This document shows, in pieces, positions 39,461 to 52,994 of a DNA stretch of 64,000 bases. The notes beneath the pieces are model-generated. The model was not told where the DNA came from, did not search any database, and saw nothing but the letters and a program-made list of their open reading frames with translations. The position numbers were made by a program, and so were the translations under genes. This DNA is from Octopus sinensis (lineage: Eukaryota): NCBI RefSeq assembly GCF_006345805.1, contig NC_043003.1:104098001-104162000 (forward strand), given 5' to 3'. Positions within the stretch are counted from its first letter, which is position 1. Every line of letters begins with the position of its first letter.

Positions 39461-39552
39461 AGGAGGAGGAGGAGGAAGAAGAAGAAGAAGAAGAAGAAGA
39501 AGAAGAAGAAGAAGAAGAAGAAGAAGAAGAAGAAGAAGAAGAAGAAGAAGAA
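39461..39552. repeat. (GGA)n(GAA)n microsatellite
   Basis: Direct inspection. Confidence 0.97.
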
Positions 39553-40323
39553 AATAATGCATGAGTGCTATGGTAGGAGTAGGATGTTAAATGGTCAAGT
39601 GCCCTGAAAGTGACTTGTTGTGGATGGTAGTAGTGATTGAATTTATGTGTATAATATTTACTTAGGTGTTATTCTAAACAGCAGTAGTAGGTGGATGCTG
39701 GTTGTCCATCCATCCACCTATTCATCTATCAATGCACTTCAAGTCCAGCCTGTAGTTATTAGATACCACAGGATGGCATAAATCACTGTGGCCAATAATG
39801 GCAGCACTTTTGAGCTGGTGAGCAATTTATTGTCCTACAATGTAGAATGCATTACCTCGTCTTTGAGTGTATAGACAATTCTTCAGGCCACAGAAAACTG
39901 TTTTCTGTTATTCACTTAATTCTAGAAAAAAAACAGAAATCTCACTTCCTTGACCTCCGTTATGGAGTATTTTGTTTTACAGAAAGAATTGTAGATGAAG
40001 TGAACACATTCCCATATAAGAATTAAGAAGTAAAGAATGATTTAAATATACTGTAAGATATGTGAAGGTAAGGAATGCTAGCCTGATGATATCACAGTAT
40101 GTTTATTAGCCAACATTTCTTACATTCAAGGAATATTTACTCAATTTTTCTTATCTATCAATCTTTTTTCGTTAATTCATTACTATAAACGCTATTTTTC
40201 CCTGTTTAGATGAAAGACCTAACAAGTTACTTAGTTCAGTACCACTGCCCGCTCCTTGGGTGTTTTCAGTGTAGTTTGCTTAATTACATGTACCTGTTAC
40301 ATATGCCCGGTGTATGATTTTAA

Positions 40324-40515
40324 CCCTTTAGCACTTAAACTGACCATCTCTGGCCACAGTATTTTACCTGTTTTTATGTTCAGACCAACCAGATCTGGTC
40401 TCTCACTCTTACTCTACAATGTCAATCTCAAAGCTAGCGAATAATGCATGATAAATTGAAAACAAAATAAATAAATAAGCATTACTTTTCACAGAATAAT
40501 CCGAATTCTAAAGGG
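40324..40515. mobile_element. piggyBac-type MITE (192 bp)
   Basis: TTAA|CCCTTTAG...CTAAAGGG|TTAA. Confidence 0.85.
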
Positions 40516-40596
40516 TTAAACTGTATCTGAAAGTGGAGCTCTGGTTTGGGAGTTCCAGGGTTTTTGAGGAGTATGGAACTATCCCATAGCCACTAT

Positions 40597-42095
40597 TCAT
40601 CATCATCATCATTGTCATTTAACGTCAGCTTTCCATACTGGCATGGGTTGGACGGTTTGACTGAGGACTGGCGAGCCAGAAGGCTGCACCAAGCTCCAAT
40701 CTGACCTGGCAAAGTTTCAACAGCTGGGTGCCCTTCCTAATGCCAACCACTCTGAGAGTGTAGTGGATGCTTTTATGTGCCACCAGCACGAGGGCCAGTC
40801 AGGCGGTATTGGCAATGGCCACGCTCAAAAGGTGCTTTTTATGTGTCACCTGCACAGGAGCCAGTCCGGCAGCACTGGCAACGACCATGTTTTCATGTTC
40901 CACTGGCACATGTGCCAGTAAGGCACCAGTAGCAACAACCACGCTCGAATGGTGCTTTTTAAGTGCCACTGGCATGGGAGCCAGTCAGTGGCTCTGGCAA
41001 CAATCATGCTTGGATGGCACTTTAAACGTTCCACTGGCATGAGTACCAATCAGGCAGTACTGTCATCGGCCATGTCAGTGATTTTGATTTCACTTACCTC
41101 AACAGGTCTTCGAAGCAAAGCTTATTGTCTAACGAATGAAGGGTACTCATAAGAGGGCTGGTTATACACCACTGGCATAGGCCACGGGTTATGGTCTCAC
41201 TTGGCTTGTCGGATTTTCTCAAGCACAGCATATCTCCAAAGGTCTCAGTCACTAGTCATTGCTTCAGTAAGGCCCAATGTTCGAAGGTCGTGTTTCACCA
41301 CCTAATCCCAGGTCTTCCTGTGTCTACCTCTTCCACAGGTTCCCTCAACTGCTAGGATGTGACCCTTTTGCACACAGCTGTCCTCAACCATTCAGAACAT
41401 GTGACCATACTAGCGCAGTTGTCTCTCTTGCACACCACATCTGATGCTTCTTAAATCCAACTTTTCTCTCAGGGCGCTTACACTCTATCATGTATGCACA
41501 CTGACATTACCAATCCAGTGGACCATACTGACTTCATTCCTCATGTCCTCAGCAGTCACAGGCCATGTTTCACTGCCATGCAGCATGGCTGTTCATACAC
41601 ATGCATCATACAGTCTACATTTTACTCTGAGCGAGAGGCCCTTCATCACCAGCAGAGATAAGAGCTCTCTGAACTTTGCCAAGGCTATTCTTATTCTAGC
41701 AGTTGCACTTTCAAAGCATCCACCCCCGCTACTGACTTGGTCACCTAGGTAACGGAAGCTATCAACTATTTCTAGTTTTTCTCCCTGGAATGTGACAGAA
41801 GCTGTTCTCTGCACATTTTCAGTGTTTATTGCTCCTGAGCATCTGCCACAAACAAAAACTATCTTCGCAGTTAGTCTTCCTTTGATATTGCTGCACCGCT
41901 TATGTGTCCATAGCTTACACTTGGTACATCTTATAGAGTTTCTACCTACGCCTTTTCTACAGATTTAGCAGGGCCATCTACTTGAAGGGATTTGTGGTTT
42001 GTCTGCCTTCCTACTAATTAAGACTTTGCTTTTAGCTAGGTTGATCTTAAGGCCCTTCGATTCTAATCCTTGCTTCCACATCTGAAACTTCTAGT
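40597..42095 (-). mobile_element. RTE LINE 3' portion with hairpin-array UTR
   Basis: LEIVDSFRYLGDQVSSGGGC...AKFRELLSLL...RLYDACV; (GAT)n tail. Confidence 0.88.
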
Positions 42096-42226
42096 TTTGA
42101 TAGTGGTTCAAAGATATACTCTGACCCAGAGTAGTAGCATCTGTCATGGTCCCAGTTATAGGTTACTTAGCTTGCCTATCTATGCACTTGAAGACTGGAT
42201 TTGGTGGTCTTTATGGAAGAAACTTT

Positions 42227-42391
42227 GGCGCAGGAGTGGCTGTGTGGTAAGTAGCTTGCTAACCAACCACATGATTCCGGGTTCAGTCCCACTGCGTGGC
42301 ATCTTGGGCAAGTGTCTTCTGCTATAGCCTCGGGCCGACCAATGCCTTGTGAGTGGATTTGGTAGACGGAAACTGAAAGAAGCCTGTCGTA

Positions 42392-42432
<41 letters not shown>

Positions 42433-42648
42433 TTGTGTGTCTGTGTTTGTCCCCCTAGCATTGCTTGACAACCGATGCTGGTGTGTTACATCCCCGTCAC
42501 TTAGCGGTTCAGCAAAAGAGACCGATAGAATAAGTACTGGGCTTATAAAGAATAAATCCCAGGGGTCAATTTGCTCGACTAAAGGCGGTGTTCCAGCATG
42601 GCCACAGTCAAATGACTGAAACAAGTAAAAGAGTAAAAGAGTAAAGAG
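42227..42648 (+). mobile_element. SINE family A, full length
   Basis: Same head, core and tail as the copy at 17761. Confidence 0.92.
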
Positions 42649-43121
42649 TTCAAGAGAGGGGAAGTGGCAGCAGTAATGCATTGTGGACTGCAGTGAGTAA
42701 AATGAGGCAAGTAAGGTATCTTGGTCATCCACTACATCTGTCTCCATCCCCAATTGTTTTAACCTGATCTTGCCACTGAGTTGAATGTAGTCATGGACAA
42801 GAGAGTGAGGATGGGGTATACAAACTATTCTTCACTTTTAGCAAAGTCACTGTACAAGCTACAAGTCATGATTAGGATAGTTAGATGGATGGTCCTCATT
42901 GCTCCAACATGACCTGGACCTGAACTTCTCACTGTCCATGATTTTCTTCCAGGTATTAATTTATATAACATTAATTGCATCTCATGACCCTGAGAGTGCT
43001 GGCAAAGGTCATGGGTTCTTTCACACCTTTCTTGACTAACTTATGGAAAAGAAAAGAAAAAGCCTCTCTAATTTCTTAATATTCCCCAAAATAAATAACT
43101 AAACAAATAAAATAAATGCCT

Positions 43122-43470
43122 TTATGGTTGAGAAGTTTGCTTCCCAACCGAATGGTTTGGGATTCAGTTCCATTGTGTGCAAGTGTCTTCTACCAAAGCC
43201 CTGGGCTGATCAAATCCTTTTGAGCGGATTTGGTAAACAGAAGCTGAAAGAAGCCCAATACATGTGTACATATGTGTGTGTGTATGTGTGTGTGTGTATG
43301 TGTGTGTGTGTGTGTGTACGTGTGTGTGTGTGTGTGTGTGTGTACGTGTGTGTGTGTGTGTGTGTGTGTACGTGTGTGTGTGTGTGTGTGTGTACGTGTG
43401 TATGTGTGTGTGTGTGTATGTGTGTGTGTGTGTGCATGCACGTGCACACGCATGCATGTGCGTGTGTGGC
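43122..43470 (+). mobile_element. Diverged SINE A head with expanded (TG)n
   Basis: GTGCAAGTGTCTTCTAC...AAGCTGAAAGAAGCCC followed by ~190 bp of TG-rich repeat. Confidence 0.7.
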
Positions 43471-43949
43471 CTTCTCTTTCACAAGGTATTGTAGTTGCAA
43501 ACAATCATGATTGTCATACAAGCAGTGTTCTTTGATTCCAGTCTGTGACAACCTGTAAGGTTAGGAAGAAATATCACCATGTTTGGCATGGCACCCTGAT
43601 TAGTAACATGCATGACATCTGGCCAAAGAAAATCCGTTTCAATAAACTTCATCCATGCAAGCATGGATAAATGGGTTTTAAAAAATGACAAAGACGATGA
43701 TGATGATGATGATGATGATGATGACGACGATGACGGTTAATAAGCAAAGCAATTCTGGTTTTTCTGTAATGAAAAGTATGTTAATACTCCTGCTTATACA
43801 GTCATTGCCGACGAGAGTCTTGCTGTCGTCTCATGCATGGCAAATGGTTGCAGGCAAGATCTCGCTCCTGTCTCGGACATGGTAATGGCTACCGGCAAGA
43901 TCTCGTACAAAATGGTGCTGGCTTCTTGTGCCTCGCTACACTACTATGT

Positions 43950-44560
43950 AGCATAGCAATCCTAATACAAGCATCAAACAACTTGCCCTTCACTCTAAGA
44001 GCAAAGACCTTTGTTCATACAAAGTTTGCATATTTTGGTGGTCTGCCTGTTATTCCACCATACTACTTGTATGACCATGACTTGCATTAGGTACAACATA
44101 TGGAGTTTATACCTATTCCTTTTCTGTTTATCAAAGCCATTCCCCTGAAGATACCAGAGTCCCATCTCCTTCCCTACTTACTAAAGTTTTAGTCTTAACT
44201 AATTTCGTTTTGAAGCCTCTCAATTCTCGGTTAAGCTTCTATACCTGGTATTTCCGCTATTATTTCCTATAGATTCTATGAGAACTAGCTCATCTGCATT
44301 GAGCAGTTCCCATGGAAATCCAGCAGTAAACTTCTCTGTGATGGCATGGAGGACTATGTTGGGTCAGAGAGGACTGAAGAATGAACCTTAATGAACTCCT
44401 ACCTTCACACTAAATACATTACTAAAACTCTTGTCAACTCTCACTTTACTTACTGCATCTTTGTACAAAACTTATACAAATCTTTCATCTACACCTAGTT
44501 TCCTCAGTGGCCACCAAATTACTAAGCATGCTGCCCTGTCAAATGCTTTCACCAAATTAA
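43950..44560 (-). mobile_element. Old RTE RT fragment
   Basis: Degenerate KAFDR, GVH.GS, PWELLNADE motifs on the minus strand. Confidence 0.65.
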
Positions 44561-45142
44561 TGAAAGTAAGAGTATTTATGTGTGCATACCTGCTTATTTT
44601 CTCCTTGTTTTTACATGCTTGGTTTCTGTAAACAAAACAACATCACTGTCAAATACAAGTAGTGATGTATGTTTGCAGTCAATTGCGAAAGCATGCCCAG
44701 ACTTCTTGCTAGGTCTTGATGTATTGCACAGTCTCTGTAAACAAAAGGGACTCATAACTATATCCTGGTTGTTCCGTTGTTTGGTAGATTGCTTGAAAAC
44801 ACATGAGGGTTGGCAACAGGGTGAACATCTAGCTCTAGAAAATCTACCTCGACAAATTTCATCTGACCTATGCAAACATGGAAAAGTTGATGTTAAGCTG
44901 ATGAGGATGATGATGATGATGTAGTACAAGACCACACATTTTGGAAGAGGGAACAGTCAGTTATATTGAACCCAGTGCTTCCTGTACTCGACTACTTTTA
45001 TAGACATTTTGTAAATTTTGGCAGAATGAAAGGCAAACTCAGCCCCAACAGAATTTTAGCTCAGAACTTAAAACCATAACTAGAATAATACTGGAAGGGG
45101 TTTCTTATCTGTTTGGTGCTTTGTTGATTCTGTCTGTGCTAA

Positions 45143-45558
45143 TATTGGTTTCAAATTTTGGCACAAGGCCAGCAATTTTGGTGGAGGGCCAAGTCAATTA
45201 CATTGACCCCAATGCTCAACTGGTACTTAATTTATCAACCCCAAAATATGAAAGGCAAAGTCGACCTTGGCAGAATTTGAACTTAGAATATAAGGACAGA
45301 TGAAATGTCAATAAGTGTTTTCTCCAGCATGCTTGTGCTAATTTTAATAAACTGTAAGACAGTGAACTGGCAGAATTGTTAGCATACTACGCAAAATGCT
45401 TAGTAGCACTTCGTCTGTTTTTACATGCTGAGTTCAACTTTCCCTTTCATTCTTTTGTGTTCAATAAAATAAGTACCAGTTTTGCACTGGCATTGATGTA
45501 ATCAACATACCCCCCTCCCCTGAAATTACTGGCCTTGTGCCAAAATTTGAAACCGATA
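45143..45558. mobile_element. Head-to-head pair of SINE B copies (45143-45335 minus; 45356-45558 plus)
   Basis: Both carry TAAGTACCAGTT and the GGCCTTGTGCCAAAATTTGAAACC tail, in opposite orientation. Confidence 0.85.
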
Positions 45559-45594
45559 TTAACAGATTGTGGAATTCATTGGTTAAATAAAGTA

Positions 45595-46005
45595 GGCATA
45601 GGAGTAGCTGTGTGGTAAGTAGCTTGCTTACGAACCACATGGTTCCAGGTTCAGTCCCACTGCGTGGCACCTTGGGCAAGTGTCCTCCACTACAGCCTTG
45701 GGCCGACCAAAGCCTTGTGAGTGGATTTGGTAGACGGAAACTGAAAGAAGCCTGTCGTATATATGTATATATATACGTATATATATATATGTGTGTGTAT
45801 GTTTGTATGTCTGTGTTTGTCCCACCCAACATTGCTTGACAACTGATGGTGGTGTTTACATCTCTGTAACTTAGCGGTTCGGCAAAAATGACCGATAGAA
45901 TAAGTACTAGGCTTACCGAGAATAAGTCCTGGGGTCGATTCACTCGACTAAAGGCGGTGCTCCAGCATGGCCACAGTCAAATGACTGAAACGAGTAAAAG
46001 AGTAA
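45595..46005 (+). mobile_element. SINE family A, full length
   Basis: Head, CORE-like box, internal microsatellite and tail as above. Confidence 0.92.
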
Positions 46006-47129
46006 ATAAAATATCCGATACCCATTTTTAATACCTGTCTCAAGTGGATTAATAATGACAATTGTCTGCGGAAGCTAACTCGTTAGACTGACCTTACCAA
46101 CACAGTAAATAAATAAAAGAATCATGCTTAATTAACTAATCAATATTACTATTGCTATTATTACTACAGTTATTAGAGATATTTTATCCCCAAAAACACA
46201 AAAATACTCTGGAAAGCGTAAACCAGTCAGTGTAGCTGACTGTGGTGACTATGATGGTCATATGAAGCGTATTGGTTGAAGAGGTAGTGATGGAAAGACA
46301 AAGACAGGGGGAGGGGAAAAAGAAAGAGAAATTGAGGGACTGAATGTCCCTTGGTTACACTAAAGTGACCGTCCCTCCCATCTCCCACTTATATTGCCAT
46401 GAAAGGGGCCAATAAAATTCTATTCAGTCCCTTGTCTCCATTCTTTTCATTCCTCTAACCTCATAATACTTACATCATCATCGTTTAACGTCCGCTTTCC
46501 ATGCTAGCATGGGTTGGACGGTTCAACTGGGGTCTGAGAAGCTAGAAGGCTGCATCAGGCCCAGTCTACTAATTATAATTAGTATGTAAGAATAATTATT
46601 TTTTTAACAAAGAGACACTTCTCTCTCTGTTTTCGTCTCACAGACACACATACACACTCATACACACATTGTGTGTATCTCTTTTTAATAAATATTTACT
46701 GACCACTTCTTACTATCATACCACTATTTTATTTTGTTCACCTCTCTCTTTCTCTCTCTCTGTTATGATGATGATGAAGTGGCAGATAAAGTATATAATT
46801 TTCTGGCAAAGAGAACCCACTGCCAGAAAAGCAAAAGGGATGTTGAAAAAAGTCAAAAGGAAACTGCTAATCTGCTTAATATATAAACAGCAAAATATTA
46901 AATGAGGTACAAGGAAGAAGGAAGAGCTCAACTGTTGGACAGATAGATTATAGGAAGGCCTACAGTAAGGACGGGTCATTCGGAGTTAGTTCAGGATCTT
47001 CTCAGCAGTTTTGGCTGGTTATACTCGAGACTGCTCCAATCTGGCCAGCCTGAAGAAAAATCTAAGTTAAGAGCAATAGATTCTTTAGAAGAAAGCAGTG
47101 AATGTATATGAGAACAAGGATGAAAAAAT

Positions 47130-47840
47130 GGAGAAATGGTACTCAAATACAAAAGTAAAGAACAGGACATTAACAACAGCTGGCTCTTGGAGTGTCTGAG
47201 CACACTCACATTCAATGAGAATATAAACAACATTTTGGGGAAAGCAATGAGAGTGGGGAAAGTAGAACTGGCATGTTCAAATGAATTGCTAGATAACAGG
47301 AAAATGCGTAAAGACATTTTCCAGTTACTCTTTGTCATTGTGCTAATGCCTCTGACAAGTATACTGAGAAAATCCAGGCCTACCTATGAGCTTACCAAAG
47401 CCAAGATGAAAATAAATCACCAACTTTATGTGGCTGACTTCAAGCTGTATCCAAAATGAGACATGCCTGGATTCTCTGATCCAAATAGTGAGAGTATTCA
47501 GTGAAGATATTGGTATGCAATTTGGGGTAGATAAGCATGCAATTCTATTTATAAAGAGAGAGCAGAAGTTAAATTATGATGGTATAAAATTATCTCAAGG
47601 CAACATCATTAGATTGCTGTGGAGTAATGAGAGATACAAAAACAGGAGCAATGCAAGACAATAGGATAATGGAAAGAGAAATGAGAGAGAAAGTTACTTA
47701 GGAGTACAAGAGGAGAATTAGGAAGGGTCTTAAATAAAAAATTTAAATGGAGGATCATCATGAAGCCATAAATACATGAACTATAAGAGTATCAATCACA
47801 TTTTGAGTGAGTGCAGTATACTAGCACAAAAAGAGTATCC
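47130..47840 (+). mobile_element. R4/Dong-like non-LTR retrotransposon remnant
   Basis: LLFVIVLMPLTSILRK...KINHQLYVADFKLY, VRVFSEDIGMQFGVDK, SINHILSECSILAQKEY. Confidence 0.75.
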
Positions 47841-48365
47841 TTTTAACTCAGCTTATACTACTGCTTACTTCACTGCTGACTCACTTGTTTCTTTGGATAT
47901 ATTGTGGTTTTGTGGGGACTGCTGTTTTGCTATCTTCCCAATAATAACTTTAACCACCTTTTTGAATACATTACCTGTGCCACTCTTATGAACAGTCTTA
48001 TTCTTTCTACTATGGATACAAAACCTGAAATTTTGTGAGAGGAAGCTTGATGGTGAGTATATCCTACATTGATACATTAAGTAGGCATGGCTGTGTGGTC
48101 AAGAACTTTGCTTTCCCACCATGTGATTTGGGGTTTGGTTTCACTGTGCAGCAGTTTGGGCAAGTGTCTTCTACTATAGCCCCAGTTTGACCAATGCTTT
48201 GTCAGTGAATTTGGTAGACACAAACTGTATGGGAGCCTTATATATATACATTCTGAGTTCAAATATGGCTGAGGTTAACTTTGCCTTTCATCCTTTCAGG
48301 GTTAATAACATAAGTACCAACCGAGCACAGGTGTCAATGTAATTAACAAGCTTCCTCTCACAAAA

Positions 48366-51300
48366 TGGACAGACTTTAGTGAATTCGCATAGCAGCTGCT
48401 TATACTGGGTGACAGGGGTAGGGCAGGATCATCGGAGAGATTACTGCTAGGCAGGTGTCGATGAGAAGAAGGTAGGTGAACCTCTTTTCATTTTTCCATA
48501 CACGACAAGCTATTTCAGCAACCATAAACAGACATCATTGCCCCCTACTACATGATGGCAGTGAAGATAAGGATCAGCGGTGATGTCCCTTTCTATGGTG
48601 AAAGAGACGTAGTAGCTTGGATTTGAAAGGTCAAAGTTGTGGCCAGGCTACAAAGCATCACTGATGTAGCAAGCCTCATGGAGCTGTATTTAGAGGGGGT
48701 GGGCACTGACACTGTACTTCGAAATGATGAAGAAGATCAACTGAGCATAGCAAAGACCGAGCAGCACTTGAGAGAGGCTTACGCAAAACTCCTTTTTGTA
48801 ATCTCTCTGATGATCCTGCCCTACCCCTGTCACCCAGTATAAGCAGCTGCTATGACCAAACCCGGCAGCGAATTCACTAAAGTCTGTTCATGATGCTTCC
48901 AACAGGACAAAAGAGGCTAACACTTGCCCCTCTGCCCCCACTTTATTCCATTGCTGAACTGCGGTGTCCCCTTGCTAAGCTGGGGTGGACAGGGGAACAG
49001 GTCGATGAATATGCTGCAGAGGTACAGAGGCTGGCTATGCTGTCTGGTTTTACTGGAGAGGGTCTAGAGAAGGCAGCATGACTGGCTTTCCGAAGACATG
49101 TTGGTGCAGTTATAACAATTGCCAGGTGGCAAAATATGGTGATGAGCAACCTCATCATTCATGCCCGCCTGTTGACACAAAACAGCAGGTGGAAGGCAGT
49201 GATGATTGCAGTTGCAGAAGCCTGTCACACTGTGCAATGGCCGGTGAATGATGAAAAGAAAGCTGCCATGGAACGACAGTGGCCATTCACAGGCTGGTGC
49301 TTTAAGTGCCAGGGACTGCATATGGCAAGGGACTGTGTGGAGCCTGGACCCATTTGCTACTGATGCAAACAGATTGGGCATATCACCCAAAATTGCTGCC
49401 AGGGAAAAGATCGTGGGGAAGTTGCTGCCTCCCAAATTTCACCCATGAATGAGTAGAGGTGCTTGTGCAGTCACTGCCCATAGTTGAGGTCTTGGTTGCG
49501 GGGAAAGACGTTCAAGGCTCATGTGGATACAGGCTGCATGATGTCTCTCATGACCCAAAGGGTGATAAAATGAATGCAAGGGTAGCAGCGACATGGAGAT
49601 TGCGGTGCGAGGCACAACATTAAGGCTGTGAGTGACCACATGGTAGGTGGGTTGATGTGGTAATGGGAATGGATTGGAGGTGTCAGTGTTGGAGGAGATG
49701 TAGTTTCATTTGGTGGCGTGGGGGTGTCATGCGCCATGAGTCAGGAACGTGAGAGGGAGTGGAGCTCTGCAAGGGGCTGCACTGTCTACACAATTAAAGA
49801 CAAGGATTTTCAAGCAGTGTTCGGTGGTCAGTGGTGGATAATAGAGTGGCACTGGAAAAAGGAGTCCTCGATGCTGAAAAACAGGTTGAGCTGCTCCCTG
49901 CATATACTGAAAGGACATGCCAGAAGTGAGTTTGAAGAAGAGGTAGAGAGGGGTGGATTAAGGAAGATGTCCTTATGCCGTGGAAGGAGATGATGAGCAG
50001 AGATGATGGCAGTGGTGCAGCCAACAAAGGGCAAAGTCAGACCAGTGCTGGACTTTTTGGAAATGAATGGCCATGTATTGTGCCACATTGGTTGTGAGGC
50101 GACTGACATCTGTGGTGAGACACTGCACGCATGGAAACAGTTGACTAAAGCAGCAACGATTGCCGACTTGAAATCGCTATATTTGCAGCTCCCTGTGGGT
50201 AACAAACTGTGGCAGTATCAGCTGGTGCGATACAAGGGCCAGACATATTATCTGACGAGGCTGGGTTTCAGGCTGAATTCTGTGCCAAAGATCATGGCGA
50301 CAGTGCTCAAATCTATCTAGGGAAAGGTGGATAGGATAAGAAGGGTCACTAATTCCTATATAGATGATATCTTAGTAGATGAGACTGTAATGTCTGCCAC
50401 AGAGGTTGTGAGATATCTGAAGAAGTTTGGGCTGATTGCGAAGCCACTGGAGCCAATGGCTGGAGGAGCTGCACTGGGGCTGAAGCTTCAAAGAAACAGA
50501 ACGGACGTATTGGCGTTTTGGAAGGGGGAATGAGATCCCGGAGTTGGGTACTGATGTCAGCAGGCCAGAACTGTTCTTGGTGTGCAGGAAATTAGTAGGT
50601 CATTATCCAATCGTAGGGTGGGTGTGTGCAGCATGCAGTTACACCAAGAGATGAGCAGAAGGGGAAAACTGGGGTGAGGGGACAATGGCGATGATGCAGG
50701 AAATCCTAGAGAGGACAAGAGTAGAAGACCCAGTCAGAGGGAACTGGTATGTGCCCAGATCAGATAATGGGAAACGTATGGTGTGATGCTAGCAGCATAG
50801 CGATAGGAGTTGTGTTAGAAATCGGAGGTGCCAAAGTGGAGGATGAGGCCTGGCTTCAAAAAGCAGACGATTACAACCATGTTAATGTTGCCGAGTTCGA
50901 CGTTGTACTGAAGGGGGTGAATTTGGCCTTGAAATGGGAGCTGCACTCCATTGAAATCTGGACAGATTTCACCACTGTGTTTGGCTGGGTAGGATTGGTG
51001 ACCACCAATGAGAAGAGGGTTCAAACCAAAGGGGTTGCGGAAATGTTAGTGAAGCACTGCCTAGTGGCTCTAGGAAAGCTAGTTGCTGAGTTTGGTCTGA
51101 AGCTGAAATGTGGTCTTTGTGCTTTGAGAGAGAAACAAGGCAGATGTTGAAACATTTCTGTGTATGGAATGCTGCATCATGTCTTAGACCATGTCGTAGG
51201 ATCGTCACTTCATTGGATGTTGACTGTGCAGAAGAAGAAGTGAACAAAGTTCCCAGCTTAAGAATATAAGAACGTGCAAGGCACCCACCCTGCTGGATGG

Positions 51301-51640
51301 TGGATTTCGACATGGAGTAAAGTAAGGAGGTGATCTTTGAGATCAGGGGAGGCATGTGGGGATGAACTGGAAGAAGGTCATGATGTCAATGGTCAAGGAG
51401 CTGACCGGAAGAGGAAGCACGAGAGGGAAAGTGGGGGCAGAGGGGTGAGCATCAGCCTCTTCAGCCTCGTCGGAGGCATTGTGAATGGATGTTAGTGAAT
51501 TCACTCCTGGGTTTGGTCATAGCAGAGGCTTATACTGGGTGACAGGGGTAGAACAGGATTGTTGGAGAGATTTTTGCTAGACAGGCATCAATGAGAAGAA
51601 TGTATGTGAACTTCTTTTCATTTTCCCATGCACGACAAAT
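48366..51640 (+). mobile_element. Decayed Gypsy-type LTR retrotransposon (gag, protease, RT, RNase H; integrase largely missing)
   Basis: LTRs at ~48366-48552 and ~51480-51640, PBS-like TGATGGCAGTG; KVRPVLDF, DLKSLYLQL, YIDDILV, WCDASS...NVAEFD. Confidence 0.88.
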
Positions 51641-51689
51641 AACATACATAAAGTACGTGTATGTGTGCGCGCAAATCTCCTAATAATCT

Positions 51690-52344
51690 GACAGTGGTAA
51701 AGGACATGGACCTTTCGGTTTTTTGTGGGGTGGTTTCTACAGAAACCTAAATTTTTGACTGTGGAGATTCAGAATCTGCAAAAAAATCACATTTTCAAAA
51801 TTTTAATTTCCCCCACCTCCTGTTCTTTCTTTGCCAGAGGGGTGGAGAGGGGGGAAATAAAAATTTTGGAAACGTGTTTTGGGGGGTTTTCAAAATCTTC
51901 AATTTTTTAAGTACGCTCCAACCAGAAAGTCTGACAAGCTAGAAACAACAGCCAAACCAAAGATCCCCTTTCTAAATACGAATTACCAAAACAGGAAAAA
52001 AAAATTTTTTAAAGACCCTCAACCACATGTTCACTTTCTGTCACGTGCGCTGGCGGTGGGGTGGGGGGGAGTTTATTTATTTCTGGAAAATTGAAATTTT
52101 ACATAAATTTTTCTTTTCAGAATCATAATCTCCGTATTTTTCACCATATTTCGCCAAAAAAATTTCTAAAAAAAAGTGAAAAATTGGGAAGGAGGTAGAG
52201 GTAGGGATGGGGGTAAAAATTTTGAAATGCTGATTTTTTTTGCGGATTTGGAATCTTCGCAGTTGTAAAAATGGGTTTCTGTAGACCCCCCCCCCCCAAA
52301 AAAAAAACTGAAAGGAGGTGCGGTCCATGTCCTTTACCTCCGCC
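51690..52344. mobile_element. MITE with >120 bp TIRs and 8-bp TSD (Merlin/Mutator-like)
   Basis: GGTAAAGGACATGGACC...GGTCCATGTCCTTTACC. TSD AATAATCT (51682-51689) and AATATTCT (52345-52352). Confidence 0.85.
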
Positions 52345-52994
52345 AATATTCTTTCGCTGCTCTTTCAACAACTGAATAATTTCACCTTTTTATTCAAATG
52401 TGTGTATGTATGTGTGTGTGTGTTTGTCCCCACCATCCTACGGCTTTACAACCACTGTTGGTTAGTTTACGTCCCCATAACTTAGTGAATCAGCAAGTAT
52501 AAGTATCCGACCTAAGACAAAAAAAAAATATTGGTGACAATTCGTTTGACTAAACCCTTCAAGGCAGTGTTCTAGCATGGCCACAGTCCAATAATTGTAA
52601 CAATTAAAAGGTAAAAAATATCCTACCTCGATATAGGGTTTATCCTGATGCTGGGTACATCTAAAACTGACCCTGGGTAAATCTTACCTATATCACTTTT
52701 AAAGTGGCGACTTCAGAACACTGTCAGTAATCTAGTTTTGTTTTCCCCCCAAGTCCTTCAATTCGCTTAATTTCAAATTTTTCATATTGAAGCTACTGTT
52801 TATAACTGGTGTGACCTGTGTAATTATATAATATTTAGTTGTGCTCATTTACATTGTGAGCTCAAATCTCGCCACAGTCAATACACTAAAAAGTACAAGC
52901 CAAATGCTGGGTCAATTTAACTGACTATACCCCCTACTCACAGGAAAAAAAAATCGTGTACTTATGCCAATGTTAGAAATCATTGTAGTTCTGT

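Noticed and set aside
43124-43551. CV/HT-rich ORFs
   Set aside because: (TG)n microsatellite translations.
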